A DNA stretch of 64,000 nucleotides, from positions 358,466-422,465 of the forward strand of contig JBFMAD010000001.1 of the NCBI GenBank assembly GCA_040755855.1. The letters run 5' to 3'. A program made the position numbers and the translations under genes. This DNA is from Planctomycetota bacterium. GTDB taxonomy: Bacteria; Planctomycetota; Brocadiia; JAADGH01. A model generated the notes under the pieces. It was not told the DNA's origin. It made no database searches and saw only the letters and a list, made by a program, of their open reading frames with translations. The first letter of the stretch is position 1; the number at the start of each line of letters is the position of its first letter. Positions 26,972-38,400 of this stretch are shown here, one piece after another.

Positions 26972-28873
26972 CTATTTTGCGTCAATGAATTCTCTATGCC
27001 ACAGTTCCAGCATCAGCAGCGCCCAGAGCCGATAGCCGTGATCGGCCTGTCGCCCAATGTGCTGGTTGACCAATTGTTCAACAGAGGATTTCTTGAAATA
27101 GCCCCGGCTCGTCGCTTTCCTATCCAATAGCACATCGCGCACATAGTCCGCAAGGTCCGTGCGAAACCACTCGGCGATGGGGACGCCGAAGCCCATCTTC
27201 GGCCGATTGCGGATCGGCCCCGGCAGGAGATCGTCGAAGGCGCGTTTGAGGATGTGCTTGGTCTTCAGGCGGCGCAGCTTCAGGTCCGTCGGAATGGTCG
27301 CCACGAACTCGATGAGCTTGTGGTCGAGGAAGGGCGATCTTGATTCGAGGGAGTGGGCCATACTGGTGACGTCCACCTTCGTCAGCAGGTCGCAGGGCAG
27401 GTAGGTCATCATGTCCACGAACGTCGTCTTGCCGAGGAAGTCGGTACGGGCCGGCATGTCATAGTATTGTTTCAGGAATGCGAATGAGTCGCGCCCGGCC
27501 GTCTCGTCGGCCAGGCCGTCGGTGTAGAGGAAGCGCTTCGATTCCTCGTCGAAGATGCTGATCCACATCATGTATCGCCGCGCGGGATCGTGGGCCAGCG
27601 CGGCGAGGAATTTTTTGACGCGGCGGCGGAAGGTCTTCTGCTCCACCGACGCGGGGATGCCCTGCCAGCCGCTGCCCGACAGGATGCCCTTGACGAGCTT
27701 CGGCATCTTATCCACCAGCTCGCCGATCTTGACGGCGCGGTATCGCGGATAGCCCGCAAAGCATTCATCGCCCGCGTCGCCCGTGAGGGCGACCTTGACG
27801 AACTCGCTTGTCATCTGGCTGACGTAGTACGTGGGAACGGCCGACGAGTCGGCGAATGGTTCGTCGAAGTGCCAGACGAGCTTAGGGATGATCTCGACGG
27901 CGTTTGGCCGCACGATGAATTCCTTGTGCTCCGTGTGGAACGCATCGGCGGCGGCCCGGGCGTATTCCAGCTCATCGTACTTCTTCTCCTCAAATCCGAT
28001 GGAGAATGTCTTCACGGGTTCCTTGCTCAATCGGCTCATCAGGCCGACGACAATGGACGAATCAATCCCCCCGCTCAGGAATGCGCCGAGGGGGACATCG
28101 CTGATCATGCGCAGCTCGGTCGCTTCCTGGAGAAGCCCGCGCACCACGTCGGCGCACTGATGCTCCGACATGCTGTGGTCTTCGTTGAATTCGGGAGACC
28201 AGTACCGCTCGATATGGGTCTTGCAATTTTCAAAGATCAGACGGTGAGCCGGCGGGAGTTTCTTGATCCCGCGGAACATGGTAAGCGGGTGGGGAACATA
28301 CTGGAAGGTGAGGTAGTCATGGAGCGCATCACGATCTACCTCGCGCGGAATATCCGGCGCTTCGAGGATCGGCTTGATGGACGATGCGAAGAGGAGTCTG
28401 TCGTCGCCGTGGCGATAGTACAAGGGTTTCTTCCCGAGGCGGTCTCGTGCGAGGACGAGGCGCTCCTTGTTTGCATCCCACAACGCGAGGGCGAACATGC
28501 CCCGCAAGTCCTGGATGAACTCGATCCCTCGATCCTCGTAAAGATGGACGATGACCTCCGTGTCGCATCGGGTCTTGAGGTCGTGTCCCCGGCGGATGAG
28601 TTGCTCGCGCAGATCGCGAAAGTTGTAGATTTCTCCGTTGCAGACCACCTGGATCAAGCCGTCTTCATTCGCCATGGGCTGGCGGCCGCCCGCGATGTCA
28701 ATGATGCTCAGCCGGCGGTTGCCGAGGGCGACGGTCCCCTTCTTCCACGCGGCGAGAAAGATTCCCTCGTCGTCCGGGCCGCGATGGACCATGAGGCGGC
28801 ACATGCGCTGCAGCAACACTTCATCCAGGTTGTATTTCGGCGACCACGTGACATCGCCGCAGATGCCGCACAT
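26972..28873 (-). CDS. asnB: asparagine synthase (glutamine-hydrolyzing)/amidotransferase
   Basis: Ntn start MCGICG; HRGPD, RLSIID, NGEIYNF, GMFA, RDRLGKKPLYY, LSGGIDSS, DEPFADSS, GDAGDE, R.PFLD, KMGF. Confidence 0.93.
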   Translation of the reverse strand: MCGICGDVTWSPKYNLDEVLLQRMCRLMVHRGPDDEGIFLAAWKKGTVALGNRRLSIIDIAGGRQPMANEDGLIQVVCNGEIYNFRDLREQLIRRGHDLKTRCDTEVIVHLYEDRGIEFIQDLRGMFALALWDANKERLVLARDRLGKKPLYYRHGDDRLLFASSIKPILEAPDIPREVDRDALHDYLTFQYVPHPLTMFRGIKKLPPAHRLIFENCKTHIERYWSPEFNEDHSMSEHQCADVVRGLLQEATELRMISDVPLGAFLSGGIDSSIVVGLMSRLSKEPVKTFSIGFEEKKYDELEYARAAADAFHTEHKEFIVRPNAVEIIPKLVWHFDEPFADSSAVPTYYVSQMTSEFVKVALTGDAGDECFAGYPRYRAVKIGELVDKMPKLVKGILSGSGWQGIPASVEQKTFRRRVKKFLAALAHDPARRYMMWISIFDEESKRFLYTDGLADETAGRDSFAFLKQYYDMPARTDFLGKTTFVDMMTYLPCDLLTKVDVTSMAHSLESRSPFLDHKLIEFVATIPTDLKLRRLKTKHILKRAFDDLLPGPIRNRPKMGFGVPIAEWFRTDLADYVRDVLLDRKATSRGYFKKSSVEQLVNQHIGRQADHGYRLWALLMLELWHREFIDAK

Positions 28874-28874
28874 G

Positions 28875-30623
28875 CTACTGACCCTCCGTCCAATGGAATC
28901 GGTAGATGAGCACCTCGGGGCGCACATACCGCATGTCCTGCGGCCAGCGACGGTGTCGGCGCTGCATGCTGCCCTGGAATGAGAAACGGCTGGCGATCTG
29001 CTCGTTTCTCAGGACCTCATCGCGGAATCGCTTCATGTTGCCCGATGCCGACTCGAAGCCATAAAGCGTTTCAAATTGGAGACTTGTGCCGACGAACCAA
29101 TCCGGCTTATCCGCCATCACACGCTGCGGGTCGTATCCCGTGACAATGATCTGATACTTCTGAAGGTCGAGGGGTGGGCAGTCGAACTGCCACGGCTCTG
29201 AGACGAGGGCGATCTTGGCTCCGCGCTCGATATGCTCCGCGATGAACTCGCCGCCCCTTGTCCGAACATTCACGGACGCAAAATCCGACAGCAGACCCCA
29301 CGACTTCGGCACACATGGCAACACAAGAACGAGACAACCGACGACAGCCATTCGCCTTCCGCCTCTCGTCGTCTTGAGCCGCCCGCCCAGGTCCGCAACC
29401 AGAAGCGACGCGAGAAGAACAGCAAAGGGGACCAGGATCATGTAGTGCCGCAGGAAGGGCGAGGAGACCCGCGCTGTGGCGAGATAGATCAGAAACCCGC
29501 TGACGAGGATCAGGTCGGGAGGATGTTTCGTCAATGTAAATCTCAGCAGCCCCACGAGAGCAACAAGCGGCAGCGTCATGCCGAGACCACACAGGAGAAT
29601 TCGTCCGGGGATCAGGAACCAGTTCGTCTGGGCATCCGAGCGATAGACGTATTCCGATTCCCACGAAAGAATCTGCATAACCTTGGAAAGGTGGAGGATA
29701 TGGAACGGATTCACAATAGCGAAACACGCAACGGCCAGCAGCAGTGAACAGATGATCCATTTGTGTCGGACATCTTTCTTCCCGATCCATGCAAGAACAT
29801 GGGCATAGGCGAGGGTGAAGAGGATGACCGCGCCTGTGTACTTCATCCCCGCGCAAAGCCCTGCCGACGCCCCGGCAAGGACATACCATCGCCTCGACGG
29901 GTTGGCGACTATATGGAGACAAAACAGAATCGTCAGCAGTGCGAAGCACATCATCGGCAGATCGGCCGTCATGTAGTGGATGTTGATGACGAAGGCCGGG
30001 GAAAGGACGAGAACGGCGGCGGCAATCCACCCGCAGCGCGTCCCCTTGAGCCTTTTCCCGATCAAGTACGTCACGGCGGCGCTTGCCATGCCGAAGAGGA
30101 CGACTATGCCGCGTCCGATGATGTAGAGCCGCGCCATGTCCTCGGGATGCTGGAAGTAGTGCTTGATGTCCGTCGTCAGGTGCGCCAGGCCCACCAGCGA
30201 GCAAAGCTTCAGGGCCATTGCGACCAGATAGATAAAGAAACTCGGCCAAGCGTAGAACTCCGGATCAAAATCCAATCGGCCCGGATTCATGTTTGCGATG
30301 GTCTTGAAGACTACATACTCATCGGGATGGTAAGACCGAACGGGATTGAAGAGCGATCGCTTGAATCCCTCCTTGTCCTGCAGGTTGTCCGGGCCTTTGT
30401 TCTCGCCCAGCCAGCCGAACTCGGGGAAGTGCTTCCAACTCTTCTCGACAATCTCGCGCGGGACCTCCGGCGCATCCTGCCCGAGGGATAAGTAAAGCCG
30501 GTTGCGCTCCATGGACGGGATCCCCCAGTTGATGCCGATGCTCCCAATGACAAGGGCCGCCGCGGCAAAAACCAACGGCGCAACCCAGGGCCGCTTCGAT
30601 TGGTTATGATCGAGGTCGCTCAT
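28875..30623 (-). CDS. GT39/ArnT-like (GT-C) polytopic glycosyltransferase
   Basis: HPDE motif in the first periplasmic loop, WPSFFIY, KYTG, NPF; many TM helices. Confidence 0.78.
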   Translation of the reverse strand: MSDLDHNQSKRPWVAPLVFAAAALVIGSIGINWGIPSMERNRLYLSLGQDAPEVPREIVEKSWKHFPEFGWLGENKGPDNLQDKEGFKRSLFNPVRSYHPDEYVVFKTIANMNPGRLDFDPEFYAWPSFFIYLVAMALKLCSLVGLAHLTTDIKHYFQHPEDMARLYIIGRGIVVLFGMASAAVTYLIGKRLKGTRCGWIAAAVLVLSPAFVINIHYMTADLPMMCFALLTILFCLHIVANPSRRWYVLAGASAGLCAGMKYTGAVILFTLAYAHVLAWIGKKDVRHKWIICSLLLAVACFAIVNPFHILHLSKVMQILSWESEYVYRSDAQTNWFLIPGRILLCGLGMTLPLVALVGLLRFTLTKHPPDLILVSGFLIYLATARVSSPFLRHYMILVPFAVLLASLLVADLGGRLKTTRGGRRMAVVGCLVLVLPCVPKSWGLLSDFASVNVRTRGGEFIAEHIERGAKIALVSEPWQFDCPPLDLQKYQIIVTGYDPQRVMADKPDWFVGTSLQFETLYGFESASGNMKRFRDEVLRNEQIASRFSFQGSMQRRHRRWPQDMRYVRPEVLIYRFHWTEGQ

Positions 30624-31363
30624 CGCTTCCTGTGGGAAACGGCGAAGATGGAAAGGCCGATGGGCAGCCGAAGCCGCCCCAACAGTCTTGCCTCTAATCG
30701 CACGACGGCAAAAAACAACTTGTCCAGCAACGGTAGGTCAAGCGTCACCTCCGACTGGGTTCGATCCGGCAGGAGGCACTTATCCGCAAGCCGATAGGCC
30801 AGTTCCATCGGAAAAAGGAGCATATTCCAATATGTGATTTGTTCGACGATCATTCCCGCACATGCCATGAGCCGATCAACCTCGCCGCGGGTGAACCGAT
30901 GAACCGTGCCGACATACTTGTCATGGTGGGCCTGAAGGACGTCAAAGGCGGGCAGGTTCAGGCAAAACACCCCATCCTCGCTCAGCACGCGGCGGATCTC
31001 GCCCACCACCTGCGCAGACCGGATGGAGCGATGGCACAGGACGTCCAGCGAGGTCGCTACGTCGAATGTTCCCGACCGGAACGGCAACAGATTCGCCGAG
31101 CCTTTGACCAAAAGCCGAAGCCCGTCGCCCCGGCAGTACCCCAGCGCCGTGGCCGATGCATCGAGACCGACGGCGTGCTCGGCGAGCTTCACATGGCGCA
31201 GTGTGCCGCCCGTGCCGCAGCCGATATCCAGGGCCAGTTCGCGCCTGCGAAGATTAGCACGATCGAGGAACAATGACAGGACCATCCGCAGGCCGCGATA
31301 CCACCAGTGGTCGTCCTCGGCCCGGCGCATGGCGGCGTACTCGCGGGATTCCATAGGCGTCAC
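30620..31363 (-). CDS. class I SAM-dependent methyltransferase (glycosylation-cluster type)
   Basis: [18 protein letters not shown]...FD, LDVLCH, H...FTR. Start is GTG31363 or ATG31354. Confidence 0.85.
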   Translation of the reverse strand: MTPMESREYAAMRRAEDDHWWYRGLRMVLSLFLDRANLRRRELALDIGCGTGGTLRHVKLAEHAVGLDASATALGYCRGDGLRLLVKGSANLLPFRSGTFDVATSLDVLCHRSIRSAQVVGEIRRVLSEDGVFCLNLPAFDVLQAHHDKYVGTVHRFTRGEVDRLMACAGMIVEQITYWNMLLFPMELAYRLADKCLLPDRTQSEVTLDLPLLDKLFFAVVRLEARLLGRLRLPIGLSIFAVSHRKR

Positions 31364-32457
31364 CCCGAAAAGCTTTTGACCGCGTCAATGATCTGCTGGA
31401 CTTCGTTGTCGCTGAGTTCGGGGTAGATTGGCAGGGAGAGGATTTCGTCGACCGCGCGCTCCGTCTCGGGCAGGGCGCCCTTTGTCAGGCCGAGGTCCTT
31501 GTAGGCCCCCTGCAAGTGAACAGGAATCGGATAGTGGATCTGCGTGCCGACCCCCTGCTCCTTCAAGTGCTCCCGCAGCGCATCGCGCCGGGGCGACCGG
31601 ATGACATAGAGGTGATAGACGTGTTGCCGGCCGGCCGGCTCGACAGGAGTGGCCACACCACTGCCGGATAAACCTTTGGTATAGGCGCCGCCAACCTCCC
31701 GCCGCCGGGCGTTCCAGTCGTCGAGGTGCTTCAGCTTCACGCGCAGCATCGCGGCCTGGATCTCGTCGAGGCGGCTGTTGTAGCCTTTGAGTTTGTGGCG
31801 ATAGCGATCCTCCTGGCCGTAGTTGCGGAGCATGCGCACCGTCTCGGCGACGGTCTCGTCGTTCGTCGTGACCATGCCGCCCTCGCCGTAAGCGCCGAGG
31901 TTCTTGCTGGGATAGAAGCTGAAGCAGCCGACGTCGCCGATCGCGCCGGCCCTTTTGCCCTTGTAGGTCGCTCCGTGCGCCTGGGCGGCGTCCTCGATGA
32001 CCTTCAGGTTCCTGTCCGTGGCCAGCCTGATGAGCGGGTCCATGTCCACGGTCAGGCCGTAGAGGTGCACGGGCAGGATCGCCTTCGTCCGTGGGGTGAT
32101 CATCGAAGCAACCTGCTCCACATCCATGACATAGGTGTCCGGGACGATGTCCACGAAGACCGGCTTTGCCCCGGCGAAGGATATGCCCAGCGCCGTGGGG
32201 ACGGCGGTGTGGGCGACGGTGATAACTTCATCGCCCTGCTCGATTCCGCAGGCAAGCAGCGCCAGGTGGATGGCCTCGACGCCGGAGCCGACACCCACGG
32301 CAAACCTCACGCCGCAGTACTCGGCGAACTCCTGCTCGAATGCCTCGACATTTTTCCCAAGGACAAACCAGCCGGAGTCGAAAACCTGAGCCACCGCGGC
32401 GTCAATCTCGCCTTTGATGCTCTGATATTGCCGCTTGAGTTCGAGAATGGGGATCAC
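31360..32457 (-). CDS. DegT/DnrJ/EryC1/StrS NDP-keto-sugar aminotransferase
   Basis: [66 protein letters not shown]32457 overlaps the upstream stop. Confidence 0.92.
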   Translation of the reverse strand: MIPILELKRQYQSIKGEIDAAVAQVFDSGWFVLGKNVEAFEQEFAEYCGVRFAVGVGSGVEAIHLALLACGIEQGDEVITVAHTAVPTALGISFAGAKPVFVDIVPDTYVMDVEQVASMITPRTKAILPVHLYGLTVDMDPLIRLATDRNLKVIEDAAQAHGATYKGKRAGAIGDVGCFSFYPSKNLGAYGEGGMVTTNDETVAETVRMLRNYGQEDRYRHKLKGYNSRLDEIQAAMLRVKLKHLDDWNARRREVGGAYTKGLSGSGVATPVEPAGRQHVYHLYVIRSPRRDALREHLKEQGVGTQIHYPIPVHLQGAYKDLGLTKGALPETERAVDEILSLPIYPELSDNEVQQIIDAVKSFSG

Positions 32458-33242
32458 GCCAATAGGGCTTTCATGTATCGGCAGTTTCGTGTTGCGCACT
32501 CGGTGGGGCCGAGCTCCTCGATCTTCTCCTTGCACTCCTCCTCGGCGATGAGCCAGCCGCCGTAGTCTCTGTGTTTGAGGTGGTCCACGATGGCGGGATA
32601 GTCTGTGGTGCCCTCGCCGAGCAGGCACCATTTTCCATTATAGTCTATATCCTTAAAGTGAACGTACTGGACGCGCTCGCCGTAGAGTCGAAAGACCTCG
32701 ACTGCGTGCCCGCCGCCCTTGACGATGTGGCCGCCCACGTCGGGGCAGAGAAAGACATACCGCGGGTCGGCCAGGTCCATGATCTCCGCAATCTGCATGG
32801 GCGAGGCCACCGTCGCGTTCTCGTGGGCGTGGGGGTGGACGCAGGCCTTCAGGTTGTAACTGTTGGCGATCTGGCCGCACTCATTGTATCGGGCCGCGGT
32901 CTCCTGGAGCACGGTGTGCATGTCGTCCCCTGGGTCCATCGTCCCGCCGCCGAGGATGATCTTGGCGCAGCCCATCGCCTCGGCGAATGCGGAAGTTTTC
33001 TGGCAGGTGCGCAACACGTTGACGCGCTCCGCCGGGTCATGCCACTTCCCGCTGAGATAAACCGACGAGAGGACCAGATCGTAGCCCTCCAGCATCTTCT
33101 TGAACTCCGCCGGATCGTCCATATACTCGACGATCTTCTGCGCCGCCGCCTCGAAGCCCTCATAACCCGCCTTGGCCACTTCCTCCAGGATGCTCGGAAT
33201 GTCAAGCTTTCCCCAGGTGTTGATCTGGCAGCCGATCTTCAT
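32454..33242 (-). CDS. sugar phosphate isomerase/epimerase (IolE-like TIM barrel)
   Basis: [34 protein letters not shown]. Confidence 0.82.
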   Translation of the reverse strand: MKIGCQINTWGKLDIPSILEEVAKAGYEGFEAAAQKIVEYMDDPAEFKKMLEGYDLVLSSVYLSGKWHDPAERVNVLRTCQKTSAFAEAMGCAKIILGGGTMDPGDDMHTVLQETAARYNECGQIANSYNLKACVHPHAHENATVASPMQIAEIMDLADPRYVFLCPDVGGHIVKGGGHAVEVFRLYGERVQYVHFKDIDYNGKWCLLGEGTTDYPAIVDHLKHRDYGGWLIAEEECKEKIEELGPTECATRNCRYMKALLA

Positions 33243-33294
33243 GATTGCTTTTTCCTTTCCTTCGTCGGAGATGCATGCGCCATGTTACATACTG

Positions 33295-33422
33295 AATGTA
33301 CGGAACAACTCGGCCCGTTGTCAAGGCAAATCGGTTGAGGAGTTCACCCTTCCCCATGACACATCGCAGGGCAAACTTCTCGGACATTCAGATTGACGCG
33401 ACCCCATGAGTCCGAGTAGAAT
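33295..33422. promoter_or_regulatory. divergent promoter pair
   Basis: Minus strand TTGACA(33324-33319)-18 nt-TACATT; plus strand TTGACG(33393)-18 nt-TAGAAT(33417-33422). Confidence 0.5.
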
Positions 33423-33493
33423 AATACTAACCCGGATCGTAATCGTGCACCAAGCGAGCGACGCCGGATGGCTCCCGCAAGAAGGAGAGCAAG

Positions 33494-34519
33494 ATGGGCA
33501 AGAAGGCGATCTGGCTTGGCGTCGTTCTGCTGGCAGCGTCTTCGGCATGGGCGCTGAGCATAGGGGACAAGGCCCCGCCGTTGAGTATCGCCAAATGGGT
33601 GAAGGGCGAGCCGGTTGATCCGGCCAAGCCCGATGGGAAAACCACCTACGTGGTCGAGTTCTGGGCCACGTGGTGTCCTCCCTGCCGGCAGTCCATTCCC
33701 CACCTGGGCGACGTGCAGGCGCGGTTTAAGGACAAAGGCGTCGTTATCATCGGGATCAGCTCGGAGGACGCGGCGACGGTCGAGCCCTTCGTCGCAAGCC
33801 AGCCGAAGATGGACTACCACGTCGCCATTGACGATGCGCAGAAGACGAACAAGGTCTGGATGGCGGGCGTTGACGGCATCCCCCATGCGTTCATCGTGGA
33901 CAAGAACGGCGTGGTGGCCTGGGCGGGCCATCCCATGGCCGGGCTTGACGGGGCCCTCGAAGGCATTGCGGCCGGCACATTCGATCCCGCCGCCGCAAAG
34001 AACATTGCGGCGAAGAGGGACGAACTGCAAAAGGCATTGCAGGGCCGGGACGTGGAGAAGATCCTCGCGGCAGTCAACGAAGTGATCGCGCTCGAACCGA
34101 CAGTCTATCAGCACTACGATCTCAAGCTGAAGATTCTCAACTACAAGAAGGATAGCGAGGGAGTGGTCAAAACCCGACGGGAAGCTGCGGATGCATTTCT
34201 CAAGGCCCAGGCCCAGGATGCCTTGAACAACCTGGCGTGGGCGCTTGCCACGGACGACGACTTGACCCAGCGCGACCTGGACCTGGCCCTCACCTGCGCC
34301 CAGGAGGCGGTAAAGCTTACCGGCCGCAAGTCCTCGGCCAACCTCGACACGCTCGCCAGGGTCTATTACGCGATCGGCATGATGGACAAGGCCATCTCCA
34401 TCCAGCAGGAGGCCGTGAATGCAGCGCCCGAGGACCAGAAAGGCGAACTTCAGGAAACCCTCAAGTTCTATACAGTAACCAGGGAACTTGGCGCAAAACT
34501 GACGGCGTCGGAGAAGTAA
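33494..34519 (+). CDS. exported TlpA/redoxin-family disulfide oxidoreductase with a C-terminal TPR region
   Basis: Signal peptide; EFWATWCPPC, GIPHAFIVD..G; TPR-like LNNLAW, LDTLARVY. Confidence 0.88.
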   Translation: MGKKAIWLGVVLLAASSAWALSIGDKAPPLSIAKWVKGEPVDPAKPDGKTTYVVEFWATWCPPCRQSIPHLGDVQARFKDKGVVIIGISSEDAATVEPFVASQPKMDYHVAIDDAQKTNKVWMAGVDGIPHAFIVDKNGVVAWAGHPMAGLDGALEGIAAGTFDPAAAKNIAAKRDELQKALQGRDVEKILAAVNEVIALEPTVYQHYDLKLKILNYKKDSEGVVKTRREAADAFLKAQAQDALNNLAWALATDDDLTQRDLDLALTCAQEAVKLTGRKSSANLDTLARVYYAIGMMDKAISIQQEAVNAAPEDQKGELQETLKFYTVTRELGAKLTASEK

Positions 34520-34535
34520 GTCTGAGGATGAACGC

Positions 34536-35438
34536 ATGAAAAACATCGCCATGATCGGGACGCAGATCATCCACACCTATCCATACCTCGCCTATTTCAA
34601 CGGCTTCAACCCGGAATCGGTGAAGAAAAACGCGAAGCCCTGGATGGCGAAAATGCTCGAGGGCAAGCCCAACGCCCCGAAGAGCGACGCCGTTCGCGTC
34701 ACACACGTCTGGGCCGGCGAGGCGGACGAGGCGAAACGCCTCGCCGAGTCCTGCGCCATCGGGCGCGTCGCCGACTCGCCCCGCGACTTCGTTGCCGACG
34801 TGGACGGCGTGATGGTGATGGACGAAGAGATCGTTCAGCGCGCGGGGCTCATGCGCCCATTTATCGAGGCCGGCAAGGCCGTCTTCGTGGACAAGACGCT
34901 CTCCCTCGATCCCCGCGTCACCGAGGATCTCCTGGCCCTGGCCAAGAAGCAGGGCGCGCCCATCGCCGCCTATTCCCAGCTTCGCTTCGGGCCGGGGTTC
35001 AAGGAGCTGAAGGGGATGGCCCGTGGAGGCGTCGCCCTTGCGAGCTTCCGCCTGAATATGGACATCCTTCCCAAGTATTCCATCCACCTCATCTCCGCCG
35101 TGCACGGTATTTTTGGCGCGGGCATCAAGACGCTCCGCAAACTGGACTGTCCCAGCGGCATCGAGGTCCGCGCCACGTACCGCGACGGCACACGCGTCAC
35201 GATGCAGCTCGGCCCCGACGCCCCGGCAGGATGGAACATCTGCTACTATGCCAAGGATGGTGTGAAGCTTGCCGCCGCCGGCGATAATGCCGACATGTTC
35301 GATGCCTCTGCGCGGGCCATCGAAAAGATGCTGATCGACGGTCGGTCTCCAATTTCGGCCGCGGAGATATTGGAGGCGTCGAAGCTGATCCAGTTCATAG
35401 TGGAGGCGGATGTCGGCGACGAGCGGACGATCGGCTGA
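34536..35438 (+). CDS. Gfo/Idh/MocA-family oxidoreductase
   Basis: IAMIG, VDGVMV, AGKAVFVDK, YSIH. Confidence 0.72.
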   Translation: MKNIAMIGTQIIHTYPYLAYFNGFNPESVKKNAKPWMAKMLEGKPNAPKSDAVRVTHVWAGEADEAKRLAESCAIGRVADSPRDFVADVDGVMVMDEEIVQRAGLMRPFIEAGKAVFVDKTLSLDPRVTEDLLALAKKQGAPIAAYSQLRFGPGFKELKGMARGGVALASFRLNMDILPKYSIHLISAVHGIFGAGIKTLRKLDCPSGIEVRATYRDGTRVTMQLGPDAPAGWNICYYAKDGVKLAAAGDNADMFDASARAIEKMLIDGRSPISAAEILEASKLIQFIVEADVGDERTIG

Positions 35439-35442
35439 CGTC

Positions 35443-38400
35443 CTATTTGTCTTTGGGCAGCGCAATCGGCGCCTCGCCCGCCCAAGGGCCGACCTCCGGC
35501 ATGTGCATCATCGCGAAGGCCGTCTGGATCGGATAGTTGCACACGCACCCCACGGCGAAGTTCGGCACATTGAGCAATCCGTCCGCCGCCACGAGGCTGT
35601 TGCTGCACCCGGAGCGGATGTTTCGGAGATAGTACTTGTCGCCGCTGGCGATGTCAAAGTACGCCGCCGTCCGCGCCCGCAGAAGAATCAGATGCACATT
35701 CGCCACGCAGTAGTTGCATCCGCCCCTGGGAACAAACGGGACCGACCGGACATGCTTGCCTGTCATTGCGTCATAAATCGCCGCGCCTTGCGTCAGAAAT
35801 GTCGCCCCCTGCACAATCATCGGCGGCCCGCCGACCTTTCCCTCCCAGAGCTTCTCTCCCGTACGCGCATCGAAGGCGCGGGTCTGCCCCTCCTTGCCGG
35901 CAAGAAGCACACGAACCTCGTCGGCGTAGGCCAGCCAGTCGTCACTGCTCCGAATCCCCAGCGCCTGGCCGGCCTCGCCGCGATAGCGATACGCGCTCTC
36001 GGTTACAGCGGTCCATTGGACCTCGCCGGTTCGCGCGTCAAGCGCCATAACGGTCGAAGGGATGGTCTTCAGTTCCTCCCCGCGCCGTTTTGCGCGTTCG
36101 TTGTCTATCGGCGTGAGGGAATCAATACAGAACACCATCCCCCCGCCGGCGGCGACGGCGTTGTTGTTGAATCGCTCCTCGGCCTCCTTTTTCCAAAGCA
36201 TCTTGCCGGTCTGCCGATCAAGCGCGACGAGCATGGTACTGTCCCACAGTCCATTCTCGATGCGGGGCGTCTCCTGGAAGGACACGGCGATCACAATCAC
36301 ATCGTCGGCCAGACGAATGTCCTTGACTATCGGCGGGTCTTCCGTGTCAATGGGGAATGTCTTGATCTCTTCGCCGGTTGCGGGGCCGTGTACCACGCAG
36401 CGATTGCCGCCCGCCGCGTAGATACCGTCCGGCATGGAGACATAGCGCGTGTATCGCTCGACCTTCCGCTCCCACAGATGGCGCCCGGTATACACGTCGT
36501 ACGCGACAAGGGTGCGGTCGTCTATGCGGAATGCATACGCCCGTCCGCCCACTACCTGCGGCTTCACGCCGACGTCGTAGTCCTTGCGTTTGTAGAAGCC
36601 GTAATCCTCCCCATCGCCATACCAGAGGATTCCGAGGGGGGCCTTCACCAACTTGTCCTTTGAGTAGTATGTCCGCGCCGCCTCGGCCGTTTCGTGCGTC
36701 CACGACGCCGACCCCGGCAGGGCGCCGCCGCGGCGAAGCCGCACGAATTCCCCCGCCTTCTCGATCTCCGCACCCGGCAGGCCGGCTTGCTCGGCCGATT
36801 TCGCAAAATCATCTTGCTCCTCAACCGACATCTTCAGGCACGCCATGCCGCCATATGGCCGGAGGATGTCGTACAACTTCCGCGGCGGCATGTCCGCGGA
36901 AAATCCAGCGGCCTTCGGGTCCTCCGAGACAATCAGGCAGGCCAGATACGGAGGGAATGGGAACTCGAACGGGTTCCCTGTAAACGCCTCCGCCCGCGTC
37001 CCATACACCCCTGCCGCTACCAACCGCTGACGGAACGCATGAACCTTGCTCGCATCCGCGTCCACGGCGATCACCTTGACCTTCGGGTCGGCAAGCAGAG
37101 CCTCGATCAGCCGCCCGTCGCCGATGCCGAGCGCGAGACAATAACCCTCGGCGACATTTATGCGGGCAGCGAGGTCCTCGGCTAACCCCGCCGCCTCGTC
37201 GTCCTTTTGAGGCAAGGCCAATTTTTCGTATATGTGAATTTTTGGCTCTCCGGCGACGCCGCTGAGGCAGTACAGCCGTCCTTCCCTTGTGGCCACGAAC
37301 AGCTTGCCGTCGGCCGCGGTCATGCTTGTCGGCGTTCCATCAAGACTCGTTTCCCATGCGATCCTGGCCTGCCCCTCATCGGTCGGCAGCTCTAATGCTA
37401 TCAGAACCTTGTTGGCATGGCCGTACAGCCGATTGCCCGCCTTGATGATGGTCTGGCTCAAGACGTCCTTCTGCGTATGCTTCGTTTGTTGCTTCCACAG
37501 AGCCGCCAGGTCCCACCGCCAGGGGGTTAGTGTTTCTCCGGAGAATTTCTTCTCATACTCCGTGAGTTTCGGCATGGTCAGGTCGTAGGCGTAGAACGCC
37601 CCGCCGTGCATTCCATACACAGTGCTGTCGGTGAGGACGGAGTAGGCGTCGCACGCCGGGAACATCTTGTATCCGAACATAGGCCCCTCGAATAGGTGCA
37701 TCTTCTTCAGGTCAAACTGCGGCGGCGCATCCTCGCCCGCGGCCTTCCACCGGCTGCCCACCTCGCGCCCGTCGCTTGTGTTCACCACCGCCTCCCGGCC
37801 GACGAAGGCGTACTCCCCCATCGCCGTCACGCGGCAGTCGCCGCGGCGGTAGCCCTGCACGTAGTAAAGCAGATCGCCTGTCTTCCGGTCCAAGCCGCAC
37901 GGCATTGACCGTCCATTGGCGATGAGCAGCTTGTCGCCCACCGCCGCCAGATATCCCTGCGGCGATATGCCCACATCGTGGAGCGCGTTGTGATCAATGC
38001 GGACCTTTTCAATGTAGTTTAACTTGTCATTCCGCCAGATCACCTTCCCCGTCCTCGCATCAACCGCAACGACGAACACGCCGAGCGTCGGCCAGATGCC
38101 CGCGCCGAAATAGATCGCGCCGTCCGCGAGCGCCGGCCCGCCTCGCACGGGCCAATAGGAGATGAGCCGCCCATTGCCCAGATGCCGGCGGTCGGGCCGG
38201 TCCTCCGGCGCGCCCCGGACCTTCCATCGAAGCGACCCGTCCTCCGCACTCAGGCAATACAGGTAGCCGTCGTCCGAGCCGGCATAGATGCATCCCTCCC
38301 ACGCCGCCGGGGCCAGCCGCACCGGGCCTTCGGTGTGGAACCGCCACGTCTCCTCGCCCGTCTCCGTGTCGAACGCGGTCACGCTCCCGTCGCACGGCGA

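Noticed and set aside
27590..28909. 439-aa plus-strand ORF
   Set aside because: It is an antisense shadow of asnB.
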